Positions 40,501 to 55,500 of a DNA stretch of 64,000 nucleotides are shown here, one piece after another. Numbering within the stretch: the stretch's first letter is position 1; each line of letters starts with the position of its first letter. The DNA is from Octopus bimaculoides (lineage: Eukaryota). A program made the translations under genes and the position numbers. Location of the stretch: assembly GCF_001194135.2 (NCBI RefSeq), contig NC_068982.1, forward strand, positions 128,781,649-128,845,648, in the 5' to 3' direction. The notes below the pieces were generated by a model. That model did not search any database. It saw only the letters and a program-made list of their open reading frames with translations, and was not told the DNA's origin.

Positions 40501-43500
40501 ACACTCTTAGATGTGTTTCTTATTTCTTTGCCATCCCTGATTATGAAACAAATAAAAATTAGATTAATAAAAATTTATCAGTACAAACTTATCATAGGAC
40601 TAATAAGCTCATAAAAAGCAGCAAGCAAGTGCTATAAGAAAGCACTGTGTATACTGTTGAGTGGTTGGCATTAGGAAACGCATCCAGCCATAGAAACCAA
40701 GCCAAAACAGACATTGGAGCATGATGCAGTCCTCCAACCTGTCAGATCCTGTCAAACCATCCATCCAATGTCAGCAACAGACATTAAGTGATGATGATGA
40801 TGGTGGCAGTGGTGAGTAAATAGGTGTTAAAAGGGTTACATATACTTACTTGAACCATTTCACAGTAGGCTTAGGTTCACCAGTAACTTTGCTTTCCAAC
40901 ACTAACTCTTCATTAACCTTCAGCACCTGAATCGTTAAAAGAAATTATTGATATTTATAAATTATTTTGAAGAAATTGTTAGAATGCTTTCTTCTAATTA
41001 ACTACTAGACTAATTGATAGTAGACATAATCACTAATTTGTGACAGAAAAGATCAATGGTGCCATTGATGTAATTGTTGTTCTTTTCTGCTTTAAGTTGC
41101 TGCTCCTAATGTCTAATATAATTTGTACTGAAACGTTTCAGCAGGTAATTAATAGGTTCAAGTTGGAAGATATATATTCTAAAAAAAGTGGATAACAACA
41201 GATATTTTAAGACATAATTATACTACAATTATTTTAATTGATATATATATTGACAGAAACTATTAATTGAAATATATGTTAACATTTTAACTTAGTGTTA
41301 AAATTGCCAATATAATGGATACTTACGGAAGGTTGAATGACTTCTTCGAATTCTGGTTTTACTTCTGTTAAGATTGAAAATAGAAGTTTAATTACATATT
41401 ATTATTCCATTTTTTCATAATTTAACTTAAGCAAATCTAAAAGCTAATTGAATTTAACATATAAAATTTAAATAGTAGATTACATTCAAGCTTATAAACC
41501 TTCTTTAAACCAGGAAACACTTTATAACTCTGGATATGTAAAATGTAATAAAGAAACATCATTTTTGTGTACATATATAATTGATACTAAGAACACAAAT
41601 AATGTTCTTAATTATAATTTTATTTGAATTTTTTGAAACATTTATTCTACTCTCTTTGAGCCAAAAATTTTCTATCTTGTGCAACATATTTAAGATGGAA
41701 TCTATGTAATATGCAAGATAAATCATGATATGACATATTCAATTAAAACCATATAATTATAGTACATGTTACTGTATTGTTTAACTCCAGGTCAGCCCCA
41801 ATTAATCAGGCCTATGATTAAAGACAATCCAGCATCAAGAAATTTTTTGTTGGGGGTAGGCAGTAGACTACATTATTCAATGTAATTTTCTTTAAGACAG
41901 TAGGATTTAAATTGAGGGATATTTGGCTGCTATTCCCAGCAAGATGAGCAATCACACGAAGTTCCCTTATTGGCTTGCAATGTACTACTATTTTTTATAA
42001 ATAGTATGGAATATGTGAAATATAATAATATTAATATAATACCAATATGATACTACAGACCTGCATTTCTAGAATATGGCCACATATACTCTCAAGCCTT
42101 ATTCTGTAGTATATAATTGAAAATAAAACTTCAAATAAAATACAGCAAGATGTAATCATTACAGTATATTGTAACTTACCATAGATATTAACAGGTGCTT
42201 CACATTCTGCTGAACCAGCGGAATTAGTTGCAACACATTTGTATACACCACTATCAGGTTTTGCAAATTTTAGTATTTTCAAAATGCAAACATCTTCCTC
42301 TGTTGAGATTTTATATTTGGAAGAAGTCTTTATTTCTTTGCCATCCCTATAAATAAAAATAAAGCCATTATATGAAAATATGTTATATTTCTTGTAGATT
42401 ATGTTTGTATCATATATTAATTAAATCTGCATTTTTTATCACTAGGAAGCTGAAAACTTCAATGGTAAAATAATTTATCATTCTTCCTTATACTCGTAAA
42501 TTTTGTTTCATGCATTACAACTGATAAAGGTATATTAAATAAATAAACATGTGATTTTATACATATCTTATATAAATGATGTACCTTTTGTTTTACAACC
42601 GTTGTTCAAAACTAATAACCATTTCTAACAATTTTGATTTAAAGATTTGTTTTTTCATAGACTAGTCAGGGAAAGAACGTTAACGACTATGACTTTTACA
42701 AGCCTTCCATGGCTGGTCACATTTATGTGGTTGATTTATCTCTTCAGTAAAATTATTGCTGGGATAATAATTTTAGAGAGCTGAGATTCTGGGCATGATG
42801 CAGAGGACAAAGTGTTTTGTATAAGTCCTAGAAAGTGATATACATTAAGGCTGATAAGAAGAATAATGAGAAGGTGGAGAGGCTATGCAGATAGCTTGTT
42901 TAGAAGAATGTATAGGATGTTTGTGTGCAGTAGCCTCACAGTCTCATGCATATGAGCAATACTCTGCTGTAGGTCTTAGTTGAGCCTTGAAGAGTATGAG
43001 TGATTAATCAGGGCTGAAACATTTTCTGACCCTAAAAAAGAAACTGATTCTTTATGACACAATTCTGGCAAAGCTTATATGTGGGTTTACTATGAATGAT
43101 GATCAGGGACTGTGAAGCTTAGCACTTGAAACAACTTTGTAAATTTTGTAAAAGATTGTTCATAATTAATAAGAGTGAAAAATAAACTTGTTTCCTGTTA
43201 TGCATGACAGAGATGAATATAGTTACACCTTTCTATAGCCCTTATACATTTGGGACTCTTATATTGAATTATCTTACTCCTGTTTTTGTACTTATTAAAG
43301 CATGTAAAAACTATAAACGTTGTTGACTTACTTGAACCATTTCACTGTAGGTTTGGGTTCACCAGTTACTTTACATCTCATTTCTACCTCTTCATCAGCT
43401 TTCTTTGTCTAAATTTCAAGCAAATATAAATTCCATGTATTATAAAATTCATAATATTAGTAGAATACAACAAATGTTAAAAAAATTACTGAAATAATGT

Positions 43501-46500
43501 ATTCCTTAAAGAAATTTAAATATAAATGCAAATAAGAATTATTTCAGTGAAACTCTTGTTAAGTTTTTAATGGTGATATAAATCATTTTTAGCATGCACT
43601 AAATATATAAATATATGTCATTAATGATAATTATCAAAGGAATTTCACTTACCACTGGCTGCAATACTTCTTCAAATTCTGGCTTGCGTTCTGCAAATAA
43701 TATTATTTAAATAAATAGATTGAATGGATTGTCATTGCTGAAACACTTCTTTAAGATTAGTATCTCAATATTTCATCACCATATATGCTCTGAAAATGCA
43801 TCTATACTACCTACCAATCAATAGCTTTGAAATTGAGGCATATAAGATTTCAAAGTGGGCTCATGTTTAATTGCCATGCAATTAATCTAAGTAATAATAA
43901 TCTTTAAAATTTCTTCAAATAAAATTATGTTTAATTGGTTTTAAATTTGGGTTTTAAATTTTGGTACAAGGCCATATATTTAATTAAATATCAACAAATA
44001 TATTAATTACAAAATTCATTATAAAATTAATCAAATATTAACAAATATATTAATTATAAAATGAACTAACCATAGAGAACAACAGATGCCTCACACTCAG
44101 CAGTGCCAGCTGAGTTTGTAGCAACACATTTGTATATTCCAGCCTCTGCTTTGGTAAACTTAGGTACTTTCATGTGGCATACTTTATCATCCATGGTAAT
44201 TTTATTCTTGGAAGTATTCTTAATTTCTTTGTTATCTCTGGAAAAAATTATTAAAAATTAGAAGTTAGTAATTATTAATTTTTATTGAATAATCGAAATA
44301 TATATTTCTTACTTGTAAGAAGCATTCCTGTAAATAAAGCAACTGCATTTGCTCCTAATCTTGCTTGCAGATTTACTCTGCACACATACAACTAAACTCT
44401 TGAATAAATTTCCTGAATACTTGTTCTCCTATGTCTCGATTGAGTGTTGTCTTATTTTTGAGAACTTTGGTGAAAACAATGTGCTTTACCTTGACATTAG
44501 TAAGACATTTTACTATATCTTCCATGAAAATCTCCAAGTCAAGTTACTAGCCTACATGCTCCATCAAACTATCATCTCTTGAATCAAATGTTTTCTGTTA
44601 GACTCCATTACAGCAGTCAACTCTATAATTATGGTATACTTCAAGACTCTGTTATGTCTTCAAATCTCTTCTTTTTATACATTAATAAACAATTCCCTGC
44701 TACGTGTAGAAACATACACACATTTACATACAAGATGGTACTGAGCCCCTCACTCTTCCTTAAGCTTTAGTACATTGGTACTATCAACATCAACCCTAGA
44801 ACCTTACATTAAACTGCCACTTCATTCATAAGCAGCAACTTTGAAATCAACTTGCAATGGAAATATGATGACAGTCTGTATCAACAGCAAGTAAGCATAA
44901 ATACTACATGTATGAAGGAAAGAAACATGCAGAACACTCTCCTTGTACGTAAATACTACACAGCTAAACAAATGTTCAGCTGACCCATGAGAGAGCATCT
45001 ACATGCCCACTCTGTCTGCTAGAAATTGTAGCTAATTTTTCTATTACTCTTGCACTAACATCATTTAAAAAGACAACATTGCTGGGCTGATGCTGCAATG
45101 ACTTACTCACCTACATGCTGCTTCTTTTATCTAGGCTTTTACTGCTGCTACAAAAATTTCTGCTCCTATAATGTTTCAAGATGTAGCACATTCACACAAG
45201 TCCTCACTCAAAGAATTTTCCCATCTGTTCCTAAATATATCCTATGTCTCATTACAATTATATTTTTGTTACTTTAGAGAACAATGGAATGTTTGCACAT
45301 AACTTCAATCCCCAGTTAAGGCTTTCAAATAAATAACTATAGAATTATCTAAATTATTTATGTTTCAGATACTCTGAATCACATTGTGCTTTATACACAT
45401 GTGTCTTATTTACTATTACACCTTGGAATGTTATGAATCTAAATGCTGCATAGACCAACTAAATAATAATTCAAAAAAATAAATGCATACATATCTATCA
45501 TTTATACATACGTTCATACATATATTGATAAAAAGTGTATATACTTACTTAAACCATTTAACAGTTGGTTTGGGTTCACCAATTACTGTGCACTTAAGCT
45601 CCAATGGTTCATCAGCCTTCAGAGTCTGAAAAATTTAGATATGAATGTATTACTTTATATTTACACATATTTAAATAGGTTAACATTGACAAAGAATGGT
45701 GCCCTTTTAATAAAGTTCTGTGTGAACAAAATTATTTGCACCAAGGTAGAAATGGTCTCTTATTATTCTTACTATCAGTTACAAATCATTTATTAATATG
45801 TACCCAAAGTGTAATAGTAACAAGATATTAAACTGACAGAAAAAAATCTGTAACCTACCACAGGTTGAAGAATTTCTTCAAATTCTGGCTTTTGCTCTAG
45901 AAAAATTAAAAAATTAAATACATTAATTACACACATTTACATAATCTGGCATGCTTTAAATCCACAGGATAATATTCAATCCAGAATAATCTAAAACTTA
46001 GAAACACTGTATTCTGTAGTTCTGTTATCCTTTTACATTACTAACAAATATCTCCCCATTATATACATGGCAAAATTTCAAGAGATATCAGAAAAAACAT
46101 ATACCTAAAAAAACCATAAAGATTTATTTTAATGTAACTATTACATAAATCACATATACACACATGCCCATGTGAATTAACTGCTAAAACATTATGTAAA
46201 TTTCAAAATTTCCCTAAAGATATCTAACTATATTTTTATACAGAAACATTCCTCCCCCAACCTTTTTTTTTTTTAAGAGGAAGAATCATATATCTTACAT
46301 ATGTTCATATGGTAAGAGGAGATCTATATTTTACATGTTATATATATAAAATTCTTTCCACTTTTTAAAAAATTGTATGACATATATATCTTAATAATAG
46401 AGTGGATAGATGGATTTTCGAAATTTTAATTTTTGGAGACAAACTTCTCAAGTGTTTTCAAAGGTCCATCCATCTAAAAGACTCATGTAAAAGAATTTAG

Positions 46501-49500
46501 CAAGACATATAGAAATTCTTTTGGTGTTTTTCCTTTATTTTATGTTTTCTCAGCCCTGAGGCTAATAATTCTTTAATCTTACCATTTAAAAAGAACATTG
46601 TAATTCAAGAAAACATCTTTGTTTACAATATATACTAACCAAATAGATTGATTGTAGCTTCACATTCTGCTGAGCCAGCTGAATTAGTAGCAACACATTT
46701 GTATATACCAGCTTCTGGTTTTGTAAATGTAGGTATTTTCAAGGTGCAAACATTTTCTTGGCGAGTAATTGGAGATTTGGAAGTGTTTTTAATCTCCTTA
46801 TCATTTCTGTAATATAAGAAAAAAAAATCACAAGATATATTAAAATGAAATAAATAAAATTTTACAAAATTAATTATATGAAACCCCACATTCATTTATC
46901 TTGCTCACATTTAAAGAATCTTTACATCTGGAATACCAATGCATTATTGATATTTATTTAAATTTACATTATTACATGGTAATGAATTTTAGCTTATATA
47001 TGAGAAATATTCTTTTGACAATGTTAACTCCAGTTGTTACTGGTAAAGAGTAGTTATTAACTATTATGGTAAAACTTTAGCTATGCAGCCCATAGTATAC
47101 TAGCAAACTTGGTTCTTCTTTCTGTTTTTTTTTATGCTATTTGATATTCGACTGACTGAAACAGATATAATTTCAAGAACATATAGGGAGAACTGTTCAA
47201 TTCTACTAGTTCTATTTATATAAAAAGGTAATAAATCAAGCAGAAAAGCCTTAAGTTTGTAACAAAGGAAATATCAGATGTTGTAATCACTGTATGGTTT
47301 ATATAACAGTACAATTTCTTTTAAGAAGGAACAGTGTAATGGCATTTGCAGGCCCTATGAAACTGGTGAGATTGATATGGTTAACTTTCTTTATCTTTCA
47401 TCTTTAGCTTGTTTCAGTCATTAGACTGCAGCCATGCTGGAGCACTGCCCTGAAGAATGTTTAGTCAAAGATATGAAACCCAGTACTTATTTTTATTTTC
47501 TGAGTGTGGTACTTATTTTATTAGTCTCCTTTTGCTAAACTGCTAAGTTATGGTGACATAAACACACCAGCATCAGCTGTTATGTGGTGCAGGGACAAAC
47601 ACAGACACAAAGATACACACACACATATACACAGTGGGCTTCTTTAAGTTTCCATCTACTAAATTGACTCACAAGGCTTTGGTTGGCCCAAGACTATAGC
47701 AGAAGACACTTGCCCAAGTTGCCATGCAGTGAGATTGAACCTAGAACTACGTGGCTGGAAGAAAGCTTCTTACCACACAGCCATGCCTGCACCTACTGAA
47801 AGAAAAACATGTTCAGGGATTTCAATCTAGATAAGAATGTCTGACTTACTTAAACCATTTAATTGTTGGTTTAGGTTCACCAGTGACTTCACATGTCAGT
47901 TCTACAACTTCATTTGTCTTCACAGTCTAAAATGTAAAATATTAAGACAATTTAAATATAATTCAAATAAATAATAAATTTTATCATATTAAGAATAATT
48001 TGAATAAATATAGACAAAATATTCTACTTACAGCTGGTTCAAGGACTTTAACAAATTCTGGAGCTTGTTCTAAGAATTCAATTAAAAGAGTATCATATTA
48101 GGTTTTTAAATATACATATGCATCAATCTGAATTAAACTTTATAAATAAATATGAATTTTATGTAATTTTTTAGAATATTACTTTCTTGACTGGAATATT
48201 ATTTTACCTGAATATCATTAATATGAATGATACACTTATGAATATACTTATAATACACTTTACTGTCATGTATAGAGCAATTATGCCAAAGCAAAAATGT
48301 ATACAAGATAGTCGTAATTCAAAATGCAATTTTTAAAATGAACATGTTTTGTTTCTATTTTAGAAAATAGAATTAACCATTAGACTTTTTTTTAAAAACC
48401 CACTTTTTTACCGAAAAAAAAGACCCAAGATTTTACATACCAAATAAGGTAACTGAAGCTTCACAACTTGTTGTTCCTGCAGGATTAGTTGCAACACATT
48501 TATAAAGGCCTGCTTCTGCTTTAGTAAATTTAGCCATTTTCAAAGTGCATACATCTCCCTCTTGTGACATCTTATATTTAATAGTTGGCTTAATTTCAAC
48601 ATTGTCTCTGTAATGAAATATAAAGAGATATTTCTTTTAATATTTATCTCAATCTTATGGTGAGCTCTAAATGCAAAAAAAATTACAAAATATGAAATTA
48701 AATTTCATCCAGTTTTCTGAGAATACAAGTAGACATTTTACTTCAACATAAGATAAAATTTAAAGAATCTAAAATAACAAAAGCACAAAAATCACAATTT
48801 TCCTCTATTATGTTCTAATATTGTCATGTATTGCAAAATCATTTTCTTGCAAACACAAATATTTTATATATAGTTCAGCCTCTTAAAATCCATTTAATCC
48901 TTTCTTTTTAATAAGTGATCCAAATTTAAAGAAAGTAAGAAGATTATTACTAACTGAAAAATATAAGCAGATTACATAACTGAACAGAATTGCTTTTGTT
49001 GTGTTTCTGAGCAGAGCAATTTATTCAGTTCATCTGGAAATGCTATCAGTGATAGGTTAGCATCCTATCCAAGGAGTAATGTCCTAACTTAAATTGGATG
49101 GTCATCTTCATTGGGATCAAATCATGATGCTTAACCAAACCAACATATCACAAATATTGTCCTGAAACTATATAAGGGTGCTGGAACAATAGCTTGTTCC
49201 TTGCATTTGACTGGCCACTTTCATGGCAGAGATTTGTTTTAAATAGCTGACTGAGCTATTCAATATCAACATTCCTTAAAAAGTTAAATATAAGATATGT
49301 GCACCATAGATATTAACCAGAATTTTTTTAAATGTTGTATATTATTTGCAATCAATTTCTCAATAGAGATAATAGTAAAGTGTTTCTAGCATTAAACTTT
49401 TTTTAAATATCTTAATGTAATGGAATTTTAAATAAATATATCCTAATAATTACCATTATGCACATAAATATTTTAAGAAACAAAAAACTTACTTGAACCA

Positions 49501-52500
49501 TTTGATGGTCGGTTTGGGTTCACCAGTAACTTTGCACACCAAATTCAAACTTTCTTCATTTTTGATGCTCTGAAATGAAAATTAAAAATCAATGAATAAG
49601 CGTCTAACTATAAAAAGCAAAACTCAGATTTTACCAACATGTAAAAAAAATAATAAAAGGAAAAAAAAATTCATGATTCGGAATGAAATACTTACAGTTG
49701 GTTGAAGAACTTCTACAAATTCAGGTTTCTTCTGTTCTGGTTTGGCTTCCTTTGGTTTGTCTTCCCCAAGTGTGATAGTAGCTTCGCATTCAACTGAACC
49801 AGTGGAATTTGTAGCAACACACTTATAAACACCGACATCATTCTTAGTGAATTTAGTTGTTTTTAATACACATATAGTACCATCTTGAGTGATTTTGGTA
49901 AGTGTTGTTGGCTTAATTTCTTTGTTGTCTTTAAACCACTTAATGGTAGGCTTTGGTTCGCCTGTTACCTTACATTTCAGTTCCAATGGTTCATTCAATT
50001 TGATAGTGGCTGATGTGAAGATTTCTTCAAATTCAGGTTTGCGTGTCTTAGGCTTTTCTTCCTCAAGTGTAATAGTAGCTTCGCATTCAACTGAACCAGT
50101 GGAATTTGTAGCAATACACTTGTAAACACCCACATCATTCTTAGTGAATTTACTGGTTTTTAGAGTACATATAGTGCCATCTTGAGCAATCTTGGTAAGT
50201 GATGTTGGCTTAATTTCTTTGTTGTCTTTAAACCACTTAATGGTAGGCTTTGGTTCGCCTGTTACCTTACATTTCAGTTCCAATGGTTCATTCAATTTGA
50301 TATTGGCTGATGTGAAGATTTCTTCAAATTCAGGTTTGCGTTCCTTAGGCTTTTCTTCATCAAGTGTTATTGTTGCTTCACATTCAACAGAACCAGTGGA
50401 GTTTGTAGCAATACACTTGTAAACACCCACATCATTCTTAGTGAATTTGTTAGTTTTCAGAGTGTATACTGAGCCATCTTGAATAATTTTGGTGAGAGAG
50501 GTTTGTTTGATTTCCTTGTTGTCTTTAAACCACTTAATGGTAGGCTTTGGTTCACCTGTTACCTTACATTTCAGTTCCAATGGTTCGTTCAATTTGATAT
50601 TGGCTGATGTAAAGATTTCTTCAAATTCAGGTTTGCGTTCCTTAGGCTTTTCTTCATCAAGTGTAATAGTAGCTTCGCATTCAACAGAACCAGCAGTGTT
50701 TGTGACAACACACTTGTAAACACCAACATCATTCTTTGTGAATTTATTGGTTTTTAAAGTACACACTTCACCATCTTGAATAATTTTGGTAAGTGTGGTT
50801 GGCCTGATTTCTTTTCCATTCCTAAAAAAATATATAATTTTCTTGTATAACTACATAAACTATAATTTTCTTACATAACTACATAAGATATAGGAATATA
50901 AAGACTATATATCTATAATAAATATTAATTTATTTCAAATGGTAAGCAAATGAGTTTTGTTTTCCCATTATTAAATTTTTAAGAGAATATATGTCAATTC
51001 TAATATAATTATTAGTCATTTTCTCAGGGCTATTCATCACTGAGGAGGCTAAATCAGGCCAAAACACCAATGTCTGATGATCCCCTGATGTCATTTTTAA
51101 GACTCAAATTCCCTTAAGAGAAGTTTCTCTGAAACAAAATATTACAGCTAGAACTGTTCTATACTTGTATAAACACAGTAACTGTCACACACACCATTAT
51201 TTTAATCTAATGCTGTTTCAAGTGTGTATATTTAATTTAAACTTGTCCAGCTTCAGCACAAATCAATAACTGTTTTGTTTCTGATTTCTATATTGGAACT
51301 GGCATCTGATGATTTGCTGATAAGGAGTCTCTCTAAGATAGCTAGTGCCATTCTCTTTTTCTATGCACATTTTGTTATACATATAGTTATTTTAATTTAA
51401 TACTGTTTCAAGTATGTATGCTGAGAGAAGTTATAGCCTTAAAACAATTATCAGGTTTTATGAAACTTTGAATGATGAAACTGGACTAGATTACAAACAG
51501 AAGACTTTTATAACCAAATGTATTCATAGGGTCGGAATGAAAATACATTTTAAGAAAAAACATGAATGACAACAGACACTAACCATGAAAATAAATTATA
51601 AGTTGATTATATTTGAAGAAAAAACCTTCCTATTTCATTCATTATCATAATTCTCTTTAAATAAGTGTTGGTTGTGTTTATTCTTTATATCTTAATATTT
51701 CTATTCTTTCAAGTCAGAATTGAGATTGAAACTTTAATTTAAATTCTTGTAAAAAGCTACATTAATAAGATGATACTCACTTAAACCACTTGACAGTTGG
51801 CTTTGGTTCACCACTGAATTTGCACTTCAATTCCATACTGTCACTAACTTTGAAAGACTAAAAAAAAAAATAGACATAATATATAAATACAAATATAACA
51901 TAATGATAATACAATAAATATAATCAATAAAGAAATTATTAAATTGTGAAGAAGTTTTAAAATGTTTATAATGTTACTTACGGCTGAGTTAAATACCTCT
52001 TCAAGGACTGGTTTCTTCTTTAGGTCCTTTTTCTCTGTAAATTTACAAAGTGTATAAGTGTGAGAAAGCAATTGCAAAGCTATGAAAGAAATTAACATCA
52101 AATTGTTCATCATAAAATACAGAAAATTTATAATAATGGAAGTTTTTGCTGCTTCCCAATTCAGAGTCAAACAAAAGCATTCATACTTGTTTGGAAATAG
52201 ATGAAACATACCTGTGACTTTGACTTTACATGAAGTTGAAGACGAACCAACATTGTTAGTTGCTTTACATGTATATTCAGCAGTGTCTTGTTTTGTAACT
52301 TTATGGATGGTCATTGTATGAGTGGTTTCAGAACTTTCAATTGTGAAATGTTCAGATGGTTTAATTTGAACACCATTTTTGTACCTAGAAAGAAAGATGT
52401 TTAAACAGTTAATTTTTGTACGGGGTTATGAGTATCCACATTACTAAAAATATTATTAACATGAATGATTAAAGAATAAAAATGAAAACAAGAAAATATT

Positions 52501-55500
52501 TCACATTTATTTTACAATTTGAAATGCTTTATACAAAATCACCAACATAACAATTAAGATAATATTGGTTGGTTTAAGAAGTAAACCTATAAGTTTTTCC
52601 CAGAGCCAACTATTTACAATATAGACAAGAAACTTAGACAAAGCTAACTAAAAAATATTATTTATAGCAACATAGACCTTGAAAACTTCCTCCAGCTTAT
52701 TATCATCCAATATCAAAATATAGCCACTATACATACAAAAGAAACACACAGTATTTCACTTACAATAGTATCTAACAATATACAGCTAAATAACCATCAA
52801 ATTCTGATTAACTTTCATGGGGTAAATGCTTGTATAATATAGTAAACAAGATCCCAAAAATTAGGCATTATATTTTGGTCCAGAAACAACTTTCCCTCTG
52901 AGCAATTGCTGATTCACTACAAAGTAAAAATGAACCCCACATTGAACAATGCCATCATGTCTTAGACACAACAGCTGTGACAGAACTATTTGAGATGAAA
53001 CAGGTGGGAAAGTTTTCAGTTCAACAATTTTACATAGTTACTACCTCACTGATGTTTTGTGTCATCTCCTTATGTACCTTCTACAGTAACTATAATGGTC
53101 TCCCTTCTTCTGAAACAACAAACTGTAGAAAAATAGTGCACATACCTATTCCCATTCCCTCTGACTTACTGCCCTACATTAGATATAATATCTAATCTTC
53201 AGGAATTGCATTTGTTTGAATCTCCCTCCCTGTCCATATTTTTTCTACAGACATCAATTGATGGTATATAAACTGATTACCAATAGTATTGTAAAACTGA
53301 TTACAGAAGTATATACAAGAATACAGAATAAATAATCATATTAAAAAGACTGATAACTTGATACTATATATACTAACATGATTTTATTCTAAGCTTATAA
53401 GGAAAACAACTTACCATGTTATTTCAGGACTTGGAGCTCCTTCAGTCATGACAGTAAACTGAACATCAGTTCCTTCATCTGGTTGTTTATCATCCAATTT
53501 TTTGGTGAATGAAGGAGCAATTGTAAATTCAGCAGTAACATCTTGTAGATCTTGTTCCTATACAAAATATTTAATTATAGTTGTTTAAATTGCATAAAAG
53601 GAAGTATGAAAATTAAAATCATCAAATGTGAACCAAATTATTTTGCTGTTCAAGAAATAAGATATGGTAAAATATAATTGTAAATCTAAAGATAAAATGA
53701 AACGTTATTACAATTTCACTTGAATTCAGTAAAGAAATCATTATATAGATTTGTATTATGAATTATAATGTAGTCTGAGATGAAGAGATGAAAAACCTTT
53801 GAGTATAGGTTTAACTAATCAAGAGTGACCTGGGTCTAAAGAATTTCAATAAAGGGTGAATTTGTAACATCCTTAAGAAGACCTAAACATGAAACCATGA
53901 AATTCAATAAAACTGTCCAACAATTTTGGGTGTCATACTTAACTTCATGCATGTATTTTACTAATTACTATGAAAAATAAATGCATGAATTTTGAAAACT
54001 CAGTTGACTGATGTATTGAAGATGACTTAAATAGCATTGTTTTTTGCCTTTTTTTTACTGGGTTGGCTAGAGAACAGGGTTGTGCTCATAACCCCTTTGG
54101 GTACTCTGAGGCCCAAAGAGGCCAGTAAGATTAATTTGATAGAATCGTTGCAAGCTATATTTACAAATATTAATTAGTTAAACGTTAGAGGTAAAGAGCC
54201 ATTATCATTTTCTAGTTTGTGGCAATTACATTAAGGATTCCTTGACTGACAGTATAATGAAATCCCAACAGCAAAATATGATACTATATATCACTGAAAT
54301 AAAGTAAATGTAAAGGGGATTAATTTTAAATAATTCAGTAATTAATACTTATTCTAGAAACAACCTAAACCATACCAAATGAAAAAGTTGTTATAATACT
54401 GACAATTTATAACAACCTGAATAAGTTAAAATTTGAAGCACTGAATGATTCTCATAAATAAATTCTCAAATAACTGAAATTTACCTCTTAGTTGTAGAAG
54501 GAAAGCAAAAGTCTAGCAGTTATGGTTAGTTATTCTAAACAGGAAGAAAATTGTAATAAATTAAGTTTGCTCTTTGTTTGCAGGCAAGTGGACAATTGCA
54601 GACATGTTTTTGTTTATATAGTCTACACAAGCATACTTTGATCAGTTGATAGAAGTTTCTGTATAAAGAAATGTGTTTTTAATGTTTTTAATGATATATT
54701 TTGCATATATCATTCAGTACACCACACCTTAACTTTTTTAACTAAATTCATGTCATTAGCCCACTTAAGTTATCTCTTTTTATTCATTTTATTTTATTTT
54801 AAATTTTTATGAAACTGGCTAAATTACGAGTAGAGTTTCTGTTAAATATCACTGGGTACTAAACAGACCTAATGCTTAAAAAAGAAAAAGGATTTTAGTA
54901 GAATTATAGATGTATTGTTTATTTCTTTCTTGGAGTCTGTAATGCAAAAACAGTTGAATATCAATTGCAGAATATGCTATGAACTTCATATAGAAGATGC
55001 ATAGGGATAATGAAAATGTTAGATATTGAGCTCAAGCATTGTCAAAGCAACTGAGTGAAACAAGTGTCAAATATAACAGTGTGAACTTCATGTTGACAGA
55101 AAGAAAATGAGGACAGAAGAAAAATCTGAGGTATAGATAGGCAACAGATGACGATGATGATGATGAGGAGGATGAAGCAGAAGAAGAAGAAGAAGAAGAA
55201 GAAAAAGAAGAAGAAGAAGAAGAAGAAGAATGAGATAATGAAATATGAATTTTAAAAATTATGGCAAAATATTTTTTTTTAAATTAAAAGTAAAATGACT
55301 AAATAAAAAGACAGAATAATATTAATATGATTTTTCACATAAGTACAAGGCTTCTTATTTGCGAGTAAGGGATAGTTGATTAAATACATCCCAATATTTG
55401 ACTGACACTTATTTTATCAATTTTAAATGGATGAAAGGGAAAAAAATCAACCCTACTGTGGTTTGAACTCACAGGATAAAGGACAAGAAGCAAATATGGC

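Noticed and set aside
45100-45150. Strong donor-like TAG|GTGAGT
   Set aside because: Lies in a LINE remnant; the candidate exon ends in an in-frame stop.
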